Positions 49,131 through 59,838 of a stretch of DNA of 64,000 nucleotides are shown in pieces. The position numbers and the translations under genes were made by a program. Position 1 is the stretch's first letter. Every line of letters begins with the position of its first letter. Origin of the DNA: Hormiphora californensis (Eukaryota > Animalia > Ctenophora); NCBI GenBank assembly GCA_020137815.1, contig CM035353.1, forward strand, positions 8,246,001 to 8,310,000, in the 5' to 3' direction. The notes beneath the pieces were generated by a model. It searched no databases and was not told the DNA's origin. It saw only the letters and a program-made list of their open reading frames with translations.

Positions 49131-52100
49131 TCACCACATAAACCGTTGGGGGTTCAGATTGAGCTCTCCAACATCAGGCCAGTCGAATGTCTTGTTAAGG
49201 AACACCTTGACAGTCAGAAGGTTGATCAGGGTGTATTGGCACAACTCCAAAAACAGGACAACCCAAGAGTGCTGGGGGACATGTAACCTGGGAGAGAGGA
49301 GACAGGGAGTTAGCACGGGGTGTAAACTAACTTGGCCGATCTTCTCCATATAGATTGAATTAATGTTTTCTAAAAGGGTCTAATTTACCTGTAAAGTATG
49401 TAGGGCAATATAAAGTATCTGAATTCAAGGAGGCCTTGAGGGACCGTCTGAGCCGCACAACACAGGAAATAAAGGAGGGTAAAGAACTTGGAGTGAACTG
49501 TAGAGAGAAGGGCCACCATATTGAGAAAGGTGTAGAAACAAACAGGGAGCAACAGGTACATGGTAGCTGGGGTCCGGCTGAAATGAAATGGGGTTAGAAT
49601 ATATCGGAGAAAATTGAGTGATCACAATCGCCTCAAACGAAGGCAACCAAGATTCTAACCCCTCCCCCAGTACTTACTTTAGGATTCGTCTCCACACATA
49701 GAATGTGTAGTGTCTGTTGTCAGATAGTAGGTAGGGATGCTCATATCGGAAACACGCTACTGCTAACAGGGCACTAGCAAAGAACAGGGCTACATGAACC
49801 GGCCTGATGAAGAAGGGGAGTTAGTGAGATGTAGAGATAGATTCCATCTGACAGAAAGGGGTCTAAGTTAGGGGGTCAGAGTGGAATGGTAAAGGATCAG
49901 GGAACAACAATTGTGTTATTACCTGAAACAGTAACGAAGGACAGTGAGGTGGCTGTATCTCAACCTCTGTACCATGTGTGGAGCTGAGAAGAAGAATAGA
50001 AAGAGAAGGAAGTAGAGGAACTGAGGGAAATGGAGTACAGCAACGTGGGCACTTCTATCACCTGGGGATGGAGGATGGGTGATGTTAGGGGGGGGGCAAT
50101 ACAGTTGTTTATACTTTCTCTCTATCTCTCTCTGAAAAGTTCTAGTTGTTCCAATCTACTTACCAACTACAATTCCCTTGTTGTAAAGTATAAAACCAGC
50201 GAACCCAAGGATAACAAGAATGTATGGTGTCAGGAGTTTTAGGTAGCGTTTGAAGTTCCTTAGGATCGCTTGGAAGGCAATGGCAAACTGTGACATGAAG
50301 TCATCACAGTCGTTGAATATCCCTCGAAACTCAATGTCACTGAAAGGAAAGTGAGAGGTTAAGAAAGGTACGCTACAATCTATTATAACAGCAGTTTAGT
50401 AGTGAAACCGAAGTGAGACAAGTTTGGAAGGGAAAGGGATGTAACTTACCGAATAACAACAGTACCCGCGGTGAATCCGACCCAGATAATGTTCGTTTGT
50501 CTAAATGTAACAGCTATCGCACCCAGCTGAAAGAAAAATGAAAGTTGAAACTAAAAACATCAAATGTTTGTCGCTATCTTGAATTTCTATCGCAGTCACT
50601 TTCGACTAGCGCGCGCTCTGGAATACGCCCACCAGAATGCTTGTATAAACGACGTCCCTCCGTCCACGACTCGTCGCGCGCTACAGAAAGTGCTCTTGTG
50701 GAGCTGTGTCACAGATCTTGGCACACAGATCTCACACTCGTCCCAACGAGTGTATGTGTAAAAACGGTTGAAACATTCAGAGGCGAGTGGAACTTTTTAA
50801 CCCAAACCCACCGTATCGGAAAATGGTACTAAAAACTAGAGACATTCCTTAAAAACAACTATGAAACTCACCACAGCAGATCGCTTGTGACAGTTCCTGA
50901 TTGAGCAACTGTAACTAGCAAGTACAAACAGAACGGAGCCCACGTCGGTGTAATAGAGGAGGTTATAGAAGTAGAGAAGGGGGAAACATGTTAGTACTAG
51001 AGAGTTCATCATACAACATGTCCTGTGTATAGGTTGGATACCCAGACCAGGCTCGTCCTGTAGGGGGGAGAGAGAGAGAGAGGGGTTAGAGAGATGGAGA
51101 GGGGGTTAGAGAGAGATTGGGTTAGAGAGATGGAGAGGGGGTTAGAGAGATGGAGAGGGGGTTAGAGAGATGGAGAGGGGGTTAGAGAGGATCAAGAGAT
51201 TGGGTAAGATGATTCAGACATGAGACAATCTTGTCGAGATCTGAGGCAATGAATGATCCCTACCTTGAGACGTCTGGACAGTTTCCTAAATATCATGTAC
51301 ATAACAAGAAATATCGCCACACTCATGACGAGATTTATAAACCGTAGTTTCTCTACACTACACCAATAACTTGATTCAGGGTGTTTGCTGGATACATAAC
51401 TGAAGATGTGAGCTACACCCGATGATAGCACGTACAATCCTGGGAGGGAGATAGGGGATAGGATAGGGGAGATAGGGGATAGGGGGATATGATAGGGAGA
51501 GATTTTGGGAGATAGAGATAGGGTTGGAGAAAGAGAAATAAGGACGAGAAACATGGAGTGAGATAGAGGAGAGAGTAAGAGAAACAAGGAGAGAGACCCC
51601 TCTTCTTATACCTGGTAGTGTAGTTATCTTGTTAGTCCCAAACTGACCAGTTACCCGCACAGTAATGTTGTGCCTGTCTTACATGAAACACTTCGTCCTG
51701 GGGATGGGGACATGTTAACATTTAGTGGATGGGGTTAAAATGATAACAGATAACATATGAGGTAAAATGATGTTAACACAATGCTATGTCTAGTGTTAAC
51801 AATTCTCTCTTACCATGTATGGTGATGGTTGGGCATTGTTAACCTTAACAACCTCTCCCAGCGTTACAGCTAACATTGCACAGGCAAAGAAGCCACACCA
51901 GCTAGAGGCAGGTAGATCTATCTCTGATATTGTGTTTCGGGCCATATCAACCTGGGGATAACAGGAGTTAGGATCACAATAATGAAATATCTTAGTGTCA
52001 GGTAGATTACACTAAAAACAGCGGGGGACCAAAAATAGGACATGTCTGGTTATATGTAAAAGAGATATATGTAAAAGAGACATGATATGATATCACATTA

Positions 52101-52526
52101 TTGGTTATATATACCTACACTGTGCTGGTACACTGCAATGCCACTGGTTCTAGCCTGGTCCACTAGAGGATACACAAAGCTGTTAGACCTAACATGTTGC
52201 TGCCTCTTGCGTCTCTGTCGGGCCCTACAAATGAGAGTGGAGGTTAGTCATGTTGTGGGTGACATCGAAATAAACACTAAGTGGATTTTGGGGAGGTCTG
52301 ATTAAAGAGAAATAATATGTGGTGTAGAAGTGAGATGTACTGTGTTCCCTTACATTTTAGGTGATCCACTAGTAGAGCTAGCGGGACCATCCTCATCACT
52401 GGTAACTAGATAGTGACCCCCAGCACCAGCACCACCACGGTCCTTGGAGAACCTCCGAGCTGTAGAGGAGCGGACCCTTCTTACTGAGACTTGATCCTCC
52501 CCGTCAGAACTAGAACAACTTGACAT
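49131..52526 (-). CDS. ALG10: ALG10 alpha-1,2-glucosyltransferase (12 exons) with one +1 frameshift at 51632-51634
   Basis: PYMDEVFH..Q..YC..WD*/NKITTLPGLY, FPLLYF..LYYTDVGS, FRQTNIIW, NKGIVVGDRSAH, HPYLLSDNRHYTFYVWRR, PQGLLEFRYF, QRFMW*. All other exon phases are consistent. Confidence 0.9.
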
Positions 52527-52790
52527 TTTGTAGTGTTACCATGACAACTAGAGAGATAATGAGAAGGTTTAGTGGTACGATTCAATCGAGGGGAACCGGG
52601 ATGCCCAATATCTAACTGTATGACACTAAAGTTGGGCCCCCCTGGGGGTACAAAGATAAACTAATTCATAAGGGACGTGAAGAGGTTTATAAAGAGGTTT
52701 AAAAGCAAAATACACATACACAATACACAACTAATATATAAATGAACAAGTAATTTAGCATCTCAAAACAAATGCATTAAGAATTTTGTA

Positions 52791-52857
52791 AGAGTGTTTC
52801 TATCATCAAGTCACCACCTCCAAGGTTTTCAGTGACCCAAGTCATATATTCCACTCT
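52791..52857 (-). promoter_or_regulatory. SECIS element (type II) of the selenoprotein gene
   Basis: Minus strand: agagtg..ATGA-cttgggtcact-gAAA-acct/aggt ministem-ggtgacttgat-GA..cactct. Helix I, the GA quartet, helix II and apical AA are all present. Confidence 0.85.
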
Positions 52858-52874
52858 ATACATCCTCCCCCAAT

Positions 52875-53270
52875 CTATTCGGCGTCAATTGAGCAGCTGG
52901 CGGGTGCGGCTCCTTTCAGAACCTCGCCTACAGCAGCAACAACGTCGTCGAAGTTAGGGAAGTCACCCTTAGACAGCTTGCTGTACACGACTTCTCCATT
53001 GATGGTGACCTCGAAGGAGGATCGCCTTCCAACGGAACCAGAAACCTCAACCTGGAGAAAAGGGAAGATTTTATAATCATGGGAGTAAAAGGAGGATAGG
53101 ATCGGGAGAGACTGTCTGGAAAGTTGATAATGAAAAAAGGCAACCCACCCCTCTCTATTAGAGTCACTAACCTGAGTTGTGTATTCCTTCCTGATCATGT
53201 CAGCCAGCACGTTATACCTGGGCTCGTACCCTCATACCCCACAGTATTCAACTGCTATCTTAACCACCAT
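52875..53270 (-). CDS. SELENOW: Rdx-family selenoprotein (SelW2/MIEN1-like), CxxU motif
   Basis: Exons 53172-53270 and 52875-53051: MVVKIAVEYCGV(TGA 53232-53234)GYEPRY...GRRSSFEVTINGEVVYSKL..FP. SECIS in the 3'UTR. Confidence 0.9.
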
Positions 53271-53458
53271 CTTGTGTGGGTGTCTAGTGAGACTTGTGCT
53301 ATACGAACAGTGGAGATGTTATTAAGAGAGTTGATATGTATAATTAGGGTTAGAAGATAACAATGGTTGATGGGGGTAGAAGGGTTGTGCAGTAGGCAAG
53401 TAAAGCAGACATTGAGTTAGACTAAAAACGTGTCAACAAGAATATTATTTAGTTCTTG

Positions 53459-54076
53459 TTAGCCTGCTGCTGCTGGTTCTGCTGCTGCTGCCTCCCAGGC
53501 ATGTGTCGGACGGGTGGTGTTCGTACCCTCCTCAACTCTCGGGACCTGGGAGAGAATGTTTGTGAGGATAGAACTAATGATCGAACTTTTACCAAACTAG
53601 AGCTATAAACTTGGATCTTTCTCCCTACATGATCATGCTATCTTCCTAATTTCACCCGGACACTCCCTGCTGGAGACAGCCCCTGATATTTCTCCCCAAT
53701 TTACCTGTTCCTCACGACCTTGCTGTGGATGGCACAGCTGACACAGTAGTGGAGCTTCACATAGATCTTGGGGAGGATGTAAGCCTTGTAGACGCTCTGG
53801 TCACCAATATCTCGGAGTGCGGCAGCTTCAACAATGTTCCTGGAGACAGGGGAGGAGGGGTTAGGCACTAAAATGTATTTCCAGTGAAACCAGTGGTTAC
53901 CTAAACCTGACTAAGTTGTCACTCTCCTGACAATATCTCACAACTCATTACCTGATGATGAATTTCTTGATGGCCTTGTCCTTGGGCACACATCGAGCAC
54001 AGTTGGTACACCTCAGGAAGTTGACATGACCTCGGCCGGACTTGTTACGTCCTCCATTCCTTCGCTTCTTGGTCAT
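53459..54076 (-). CDS. RPS26: 40S ribosomal protein S26 (eS26)
   Basis: Exons 53952-54076, 53705-53839, 53459-53545: [51 protein letters not shown]. Confidence 0.97.
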
Positions 54077-54286
54077 CCTGGCAAGCTATTATACACAGAG
54101 AGTAGTTAGTTGGGTTGTGGGTTATAGAGAGTTGGTTCGGGGAAGAGGAAAATAATTTTAGAGAAAGAATTGTCGATCGAGAAAATGAAAAACTGGGTAG
54201 CGGGGTGTATGTAAAATTGATGGGACCAATATGAAATTTATTAACAAAATAACATCTTTATTAACAGCAACACAACAACTAAAAAT

Positions 54287-54856
54287 TTACAACTTCCTAA
54301 CCATCAACAGGGCAGCGGGGCTCTTCAAATACCGATACATCCTCTCCACTCTCTGTACAACCTCAAACCCAGACCTCTGATAAAACCTCACTGCCTCACT
54401 ATTACTCTCCTGTACGTGCAGTTCAAGCCAATTTACCCCGGCTTGTTGGGCCCGTTCTATAACCCAGTCTAGACAGGTTCTTCCTACGCCTTGGTTCCTA
54501 TGTAGTACAAGGCAGCCAAGGGATGTAATGTAAAGGGAGGAGGGAAATAGTTTGGTGCAGATCATACCAATAGGTTGGGACTGCAGGTAGACTAGACGAG
54601 ACAAGGAGGAATCTTGGACCACCTAGGAGAGAGAGGCATATTCAGAGAGGTACCACAAAATTTTATCAAATTTACTTCATTCGAGTAACCTTTTTTCCTA
54701 TTTTTCAAAAACCAAAAACAAGAAGCCAACCTCTTTGTAGAATTTAGGTGTAAACTGAACGGGTAGAATGGCAGTATTTAGGAAGCGGAGATGCTCTATG
54801 TTAGACTTATCAACCGGAACAAGATGAAAAGAAGGTTTATCTGGTACTGACAACAT
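54287..54856 (-). CDS. NAA50: NAA50-like GNAT N-terminal acetyltransferase (divergent)
   Basis: Exons 54731-54856 and 54287-54622: LNTAILPVQFTPKFYKE, LYITSLGCL, RNQGVG, LHVQESNSEAVRFY..GFE. Confidence 0.75.
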
Positions 54857-55012
54857 GAATTCTATCGGTCTTGTAATTTACATACTGAGAGGTTTTGAGA
54901 TGAAGAACGGGGTGGGGGAGGGGGTAAGAAAAGAGATATCTGTGGGAGGAAACAGGGGGAAATAAAACAGCACAATATTGGTAGATAAAAACAGAAAAAC
55001 TTATTTAATTTC

Positions 55013-56052
55013 TCATTGGGGTGCTCCTCGTCCGTATCCTCCTCTCTGAAAAATGATATGGGTATTAGTACAGGGTGCTACTAAATTATCGGGACAAGTC
55101 TAAACTAAACCGACACCCTGTGACATAATAATGTATGTGTTGTATTGGTTCAGATTACTAAAGAGACTTCACAGGGCAAGGGGTGGAGCAGGGTCTCTCA
55201 GTACACACACACCCTATAAAGTGTGTATGTGTGCTGAGGGGTGTCTCCCTGGGTGTCTGCTATAAACCCAATAAGATGGTCACACACTAACACACAGGGA
55301 GGGGTTTGGTGTATAGCGGCCTTTACAATACAGGGTGACACTCTGCACGACCTGTACTAAGATAACACTAACGTTAGCTCAACACCCCTCACCCTTCTCA
55401 GTCAGCCTAGTATTTCATCACAACCACCATGACACACGTCATTAAACATGGTCATTAACTTAACCATGACATGTCTTTAGACATCAACTTACGAATTCAG
55501 GCTGGAACTCTTGTCCGGGTCCGACTTGTTTGCCTTCAGCGCTCCTGTAAGCATCTCGGTCATCTGATTTGGGTCCAGCGCCGGGTGCTCCACCCTGCAT
55601 CCTAGCTCGGGGAGCGGCGGTATTTGTTCGGGCAGCAGCTCGTTTCAGAGTGCTAGGGACGATCTCCTGAGGTAGATGCAGGTAGTCCCTCAGATAGGTG
55701 ATGCCTGGTAGTGGGGGACAGGTATCAGGAGGGGGAGGTAAAACACCGGCAACATGACACAACAATTAGAAACATTATACCAGTTTTAGTGTTCAAGAAG
55801 CAGCATTACACAAAGTGCGGTTTGGTTCTACCTACCGTCATTCTCAAGGTACCAGTAGAAATGCCTCCATGCGAACTGCTCCTTAACGTATCCCTTGGAT
55901 CGGAGGGACTGCATGGCTTTGATCACCTGTAGGTTGGGCACTGTCTTCAGCTCAGGGTGAGCGGGCAGGTTGAAATCCTTCTTGGCAACCATAACTCCCT
56001 CTTTGAAGAGGTGCTCATAGACGGCTTTCCTGTTTTTCTTTGGGATGAGCAT
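55013..56052 (-). CDS. RPS10: 40S ribosomal protein S10 (eS10)
   Basis: Exons 55836-56052, 55493-55704, 55013-55045: [54 protein letters not shown]. Confidence 0.97.
55147..55425 (-). ncRNA. Composite box C/D-H/ACA scaRNA, U85-like (guide for U5 snRNA loop 1)
   Basis: Box C GTGATGA 55415-55421 and box D CTGA 55150-55153 with a ggt/acc terminal stem. D-guide tctttagtaa is complementary to U5 UUACUAAAGA. Pseudouridylation pocket atctt/gtaaagg lies 14 nt before H box ACACCA (55307-55312). A second hairpin is followed by ACA at 55242-55244. Confidence 0.82.
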
Positions 56053-56857
56053 GGCTAGGAGGCACACTGTGGAGTTAGAATTAGAAAACACTCATCCCAG
56101 TCAATCGGATACTTGATTGGTCATTGGGTTACAAGCCACTGTGAAATGATGAAAACATACTGCCAAGTTACTTTCTTAAATACAGGCTGTAGTAATAATC
56201 TTAACGGCTAAGGTGTCGTCGTTAACTTCAGACCGAAAGTGAACTGTGAATTACAGATAAAGTGAGTCGGGAGTGAATCACTTTGACATTAAATCCATTA
56301 AATCTCGGAAGAGACAGAGAGCCGTACAATTACAACAATATAAATACCAAACAGATCAAGATTTTGGTCAAAAACAGGCTGTTAAGAACCTGAAAAAGGC
56401 TGAAGTGCGATCGGAATAGTATTATAGGGAACGGTTTAACGGGAAGATTGTACTAAGATCTTGGACTGGAGCCCCGTGGACACGCGAAAAATCTCTCCAA
56501 TTCGAAACATTGCGCTGTTAAATGACTCCTTGAAGCAGTACCTACGGTTGGCAAACGCTGCTGGCCCCTGATACCGCGGGATAAGGCAGCGCCTATGAAC
56601 ACCGACGGGAAAAAGTTTTGAGAAAACGAAATTTGCTTGGGACTTTTCAATTTTGGATCTTGTGTTGTATTGTGTTGTATTGTTGAAAATGAAAAGATAT
56701 GGCGCGCGCTACTTTGGTGCTCGGCTCAGTCGGACGACGAAGTATTCGTTTCTCGCGCGCTATACCTGAGACCGAATAAAACCAGTAAATTCGGCCGAAA
56801 TCTCGGGTTTCCAAACCAGAGTATTCCATTTCGTAACTTACAGTGTACACTAATTTA

Positions 56858-59286
56858 GGTAGTATGAAAGATTAGGTCGTGCGCGCCAAATGGCGCCATA
56901 TGGCGCCAATTGGCGCCATCATATTCGCCAAATGGCGCCACGTGGCGAACAAATGGCGCCATTTGGCGCCAAAATCTGGCGAGTGCGCACTATCGCCAAA
57001 TGGCGCCATTTCTGGCGCCAAATGGCGCCATTTGGCGCCAAATCTGGCGCCACGTGGCGCCACGTGGCGCCAGTGGCGATCGCCATTCGCCAAATGTTGG
57101 CGACTCTTGGCGGTATCGCCACGTGGCGATGGTACAAAGTATGAAAAAAAACATGCGCAAAATTGTTATCGCCAAATGGCGCCATTTGGCGCCATTAAGT
57201 GATCAGGAGATCAAGTCGCCAAATGGCGACATATGGCGCAAACTGTTTGTCAAATGTTAGTCGCCATTTTGGGCCAAACGTCGCCATTTGGCGCCAAATG
57301 TCGCCATATGGCGCCAAATTTTTGTCAAATGTTTGTCGCCAAATGTCGCCATATGGCGCCATTTGTCGCCGAACGTCGCCATTTGGCGCCAAATGTCGCC
57401 ATATAGTGCCAAATGGCGACATATGGCGCAAACTGTTTGTCAAATGTTAGTCGCCATTTTGGGCCAAACGTCGCCATTTGGCGCCAAACGTCGCCATTTG
57501 GCGCCAAATGTCGCCATATGGCGCCAAATTTTTGTCAAATGTTTGTCGCCATTTGGCGCCAAACGTCGCCATTTGTCGCCACTTGGCGCCAAACGTCGCC
57601 ATTTGGCGCCAAATGGCGACATATAGCGCCAAATGGCGACATATGGCGCAAACTGTTTGTCAAATGTTAGTCGCCATTTTGCGCCAAATGTCGCCATATG
57701 GCGCCAAACGTCGCCATTTGGCGCCAAATGTCGCCATATGGCGCCAAATTTTGTCAAATATTTGTCGCCATTTGGCGCCAAACATCGCCATTTGTCGCCA
57801 CTTGGCGCCGAACGTCGCCATTTGGCGCCATATAGCGCCAAATGGCGACATATGGCGCAAACTGTTTGTCAAATGTTAGTCGCCATTTGTCGCCAAACGT
57901 CGCCATCTGGCGCCAAACGTCGCCATTTGGCGCCAAATGTCGCCATATGGCGCCAAATTTTTGTCAAATATTTGTCGCCATATGGCGCCACTTGGCGCCA
58001 AACATCGCCATTTGGCGCCAAATGTCGCCATATAGCGCCAAATGGCGAACTAACTTTGACCGCCATTTGGCGCCATATGGCGACAATTGGCGCCATATGG
58101 TGACGTTTGGCGCTAAATGGCGAACTAACTTTGACCGCCATTTGGCGACATTTGGAGCCATATGCCGACAATTGGCGCCATATGGTGACGTTTGGCGCCA
58201 AATGGCGAACTAACTTTGACCGCCATTTGGCGCCATATGGCAACATTTGGCGCCATATGGCGACAATTGGCGCCATATGGTGACGTTTGGCGCCAAATGG
58301 CGAACTAACTTTGACCGCCGTTTGGCGCCATATGGCGACATTTGGCGCCATATGGCGACAATTGGCGCCATATGGTGACCTTTGGCGCCAAATGGCGAAC
58401 TAACTTCGACCGCCATTTGGCGACATTTGGCGCCATATGGCGACATTTGGCGCCATTTGGTGACGTTTGGCGCCAAATGGCGAACTAACTTTGACCGCCA
58501 TTTGGCGCCATATGGCGCCATATGGCGACAATTGGCGCCATGTGGCGACGTTCGGCGCCAAATGGCGAACTAACTTTACCATATGGCGATATTTGGCGCC
58601 ATATGGCGATATTTGGCGCCATATGGCGATATTTGGCGTCATATGGCGACATTTGGCGCTATATGGCGACATTTGGCGCCAAATGGCGACGTTCGGCGCC
58701 AAGTGGCGACAAATGGCGCCATATGGCGACGTTTGGCGACAAACATATGACAAAAATTTGGCGCCATTTGGCGACATTTGGCGACATTTGGCGCCAAATG
58801 GCGACATTTGACGCCAAATGGCGCCGCATGGCGACGTTTGGCGCAACTAGCAACATTTGGCGCCATATGGCGCCAATTGGCGCCAGTTGGCGATTTTTTC
58901 GCCAAATGGCGCCACGCGGCGCCGAGTGGCGAGCGTCATATTTTGGAAAGCATTGAAAATTTGCTATTCTTATCGCCAAATGGCGCCATTTGGCGATAAA
59001 TATGTTGCGCATGTTTTTTTCAGACTTTGTACCATCGCCACGTGGCGATACCGCCAAGAGTCGCCAATATTTGGCGAATGGCGATCACCACTGGCGCCAC
59101 GTGGCGCCAGATTTGGCGCCAAATGGCGCCAGAAATGGCGATATTTGGCGATAGTGCGCACTCGCCACATTTTGGCGCCAAATGGCGCCATTTATTCGCC
59201 ACGTGGCGCCATTTGGCGAATTTGATGGCGCCAAATGGCGCCATATGGCGCCATTTGGCGCGCACGACCTAATCTTTCATACTACC
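56858..59286. mobile_element. 2.4-kb foldback element built from ~11-bp tggcgccaaa/tggcgccatt units; GG termini and 8-bp TSD (Merlin- or MULE-like)
   Basis: TIRs ggtagtatgaaagattaggtcgtgcg / cgcacgacctaatctttcatactacc. TSD ctaattta at 56850-56857 and 59287-59294. Confidence 0.9.
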
Positions 59287-59838
59287 CTAATTTATACAGT
59301 TACATAGTCTAGTTTTTACACATTTACAATTTGAATTGGAATTACAAGTTCAATTTAGTTGAAAATGTATTTACACACGGTTATTTGAACTGTTTGTATT
59401 AATGTGTACTGTTTGTATTATATTTGAAATTTGTACATGGATACATGATTATTCCTGCATGGGATTAATACGTTCACTAATCACTGACACAGACTTCACT
59501 CTGACTCAAGTCAGTACACTTAAAGCTCTTCAGCAATTGGAGTCCTTCAAGGCCAAGGCGGATCACTCATACCTCAAACATATAAAATATCCACTCTGTC
59601 AAACTTCTATTCATTAAATAACTCCACAGTAAACTTCCCTCCAGGGCCTGGGGCCATGTTTTATTGTTTCAATCTGACCCCCACACACACACACAACCAG
59701 TCCGAGTCATATCACTGCTGCAGTCAATCACTGAGTCATGTCCAGTCCAGACAGCTAGCTTGTTGAGCAAGTTCCACCCCTTACTCATCAAGGCTGAACC
59801 ACACTTTTTTAACAACTATTAACTACCAGGTGTTTTTA

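Noticed and set aside
56225-56285. Possible C/D snoRNA in the RPS10 5' region
   Set aside because: A CTGA is present, but box C is poor and I could not identify a target.
56872-59272. Dozens of overlapping MAPNGAIWR ORFs
   Set aside because: They result from a stop-poor palindromic 11-bp repeat.
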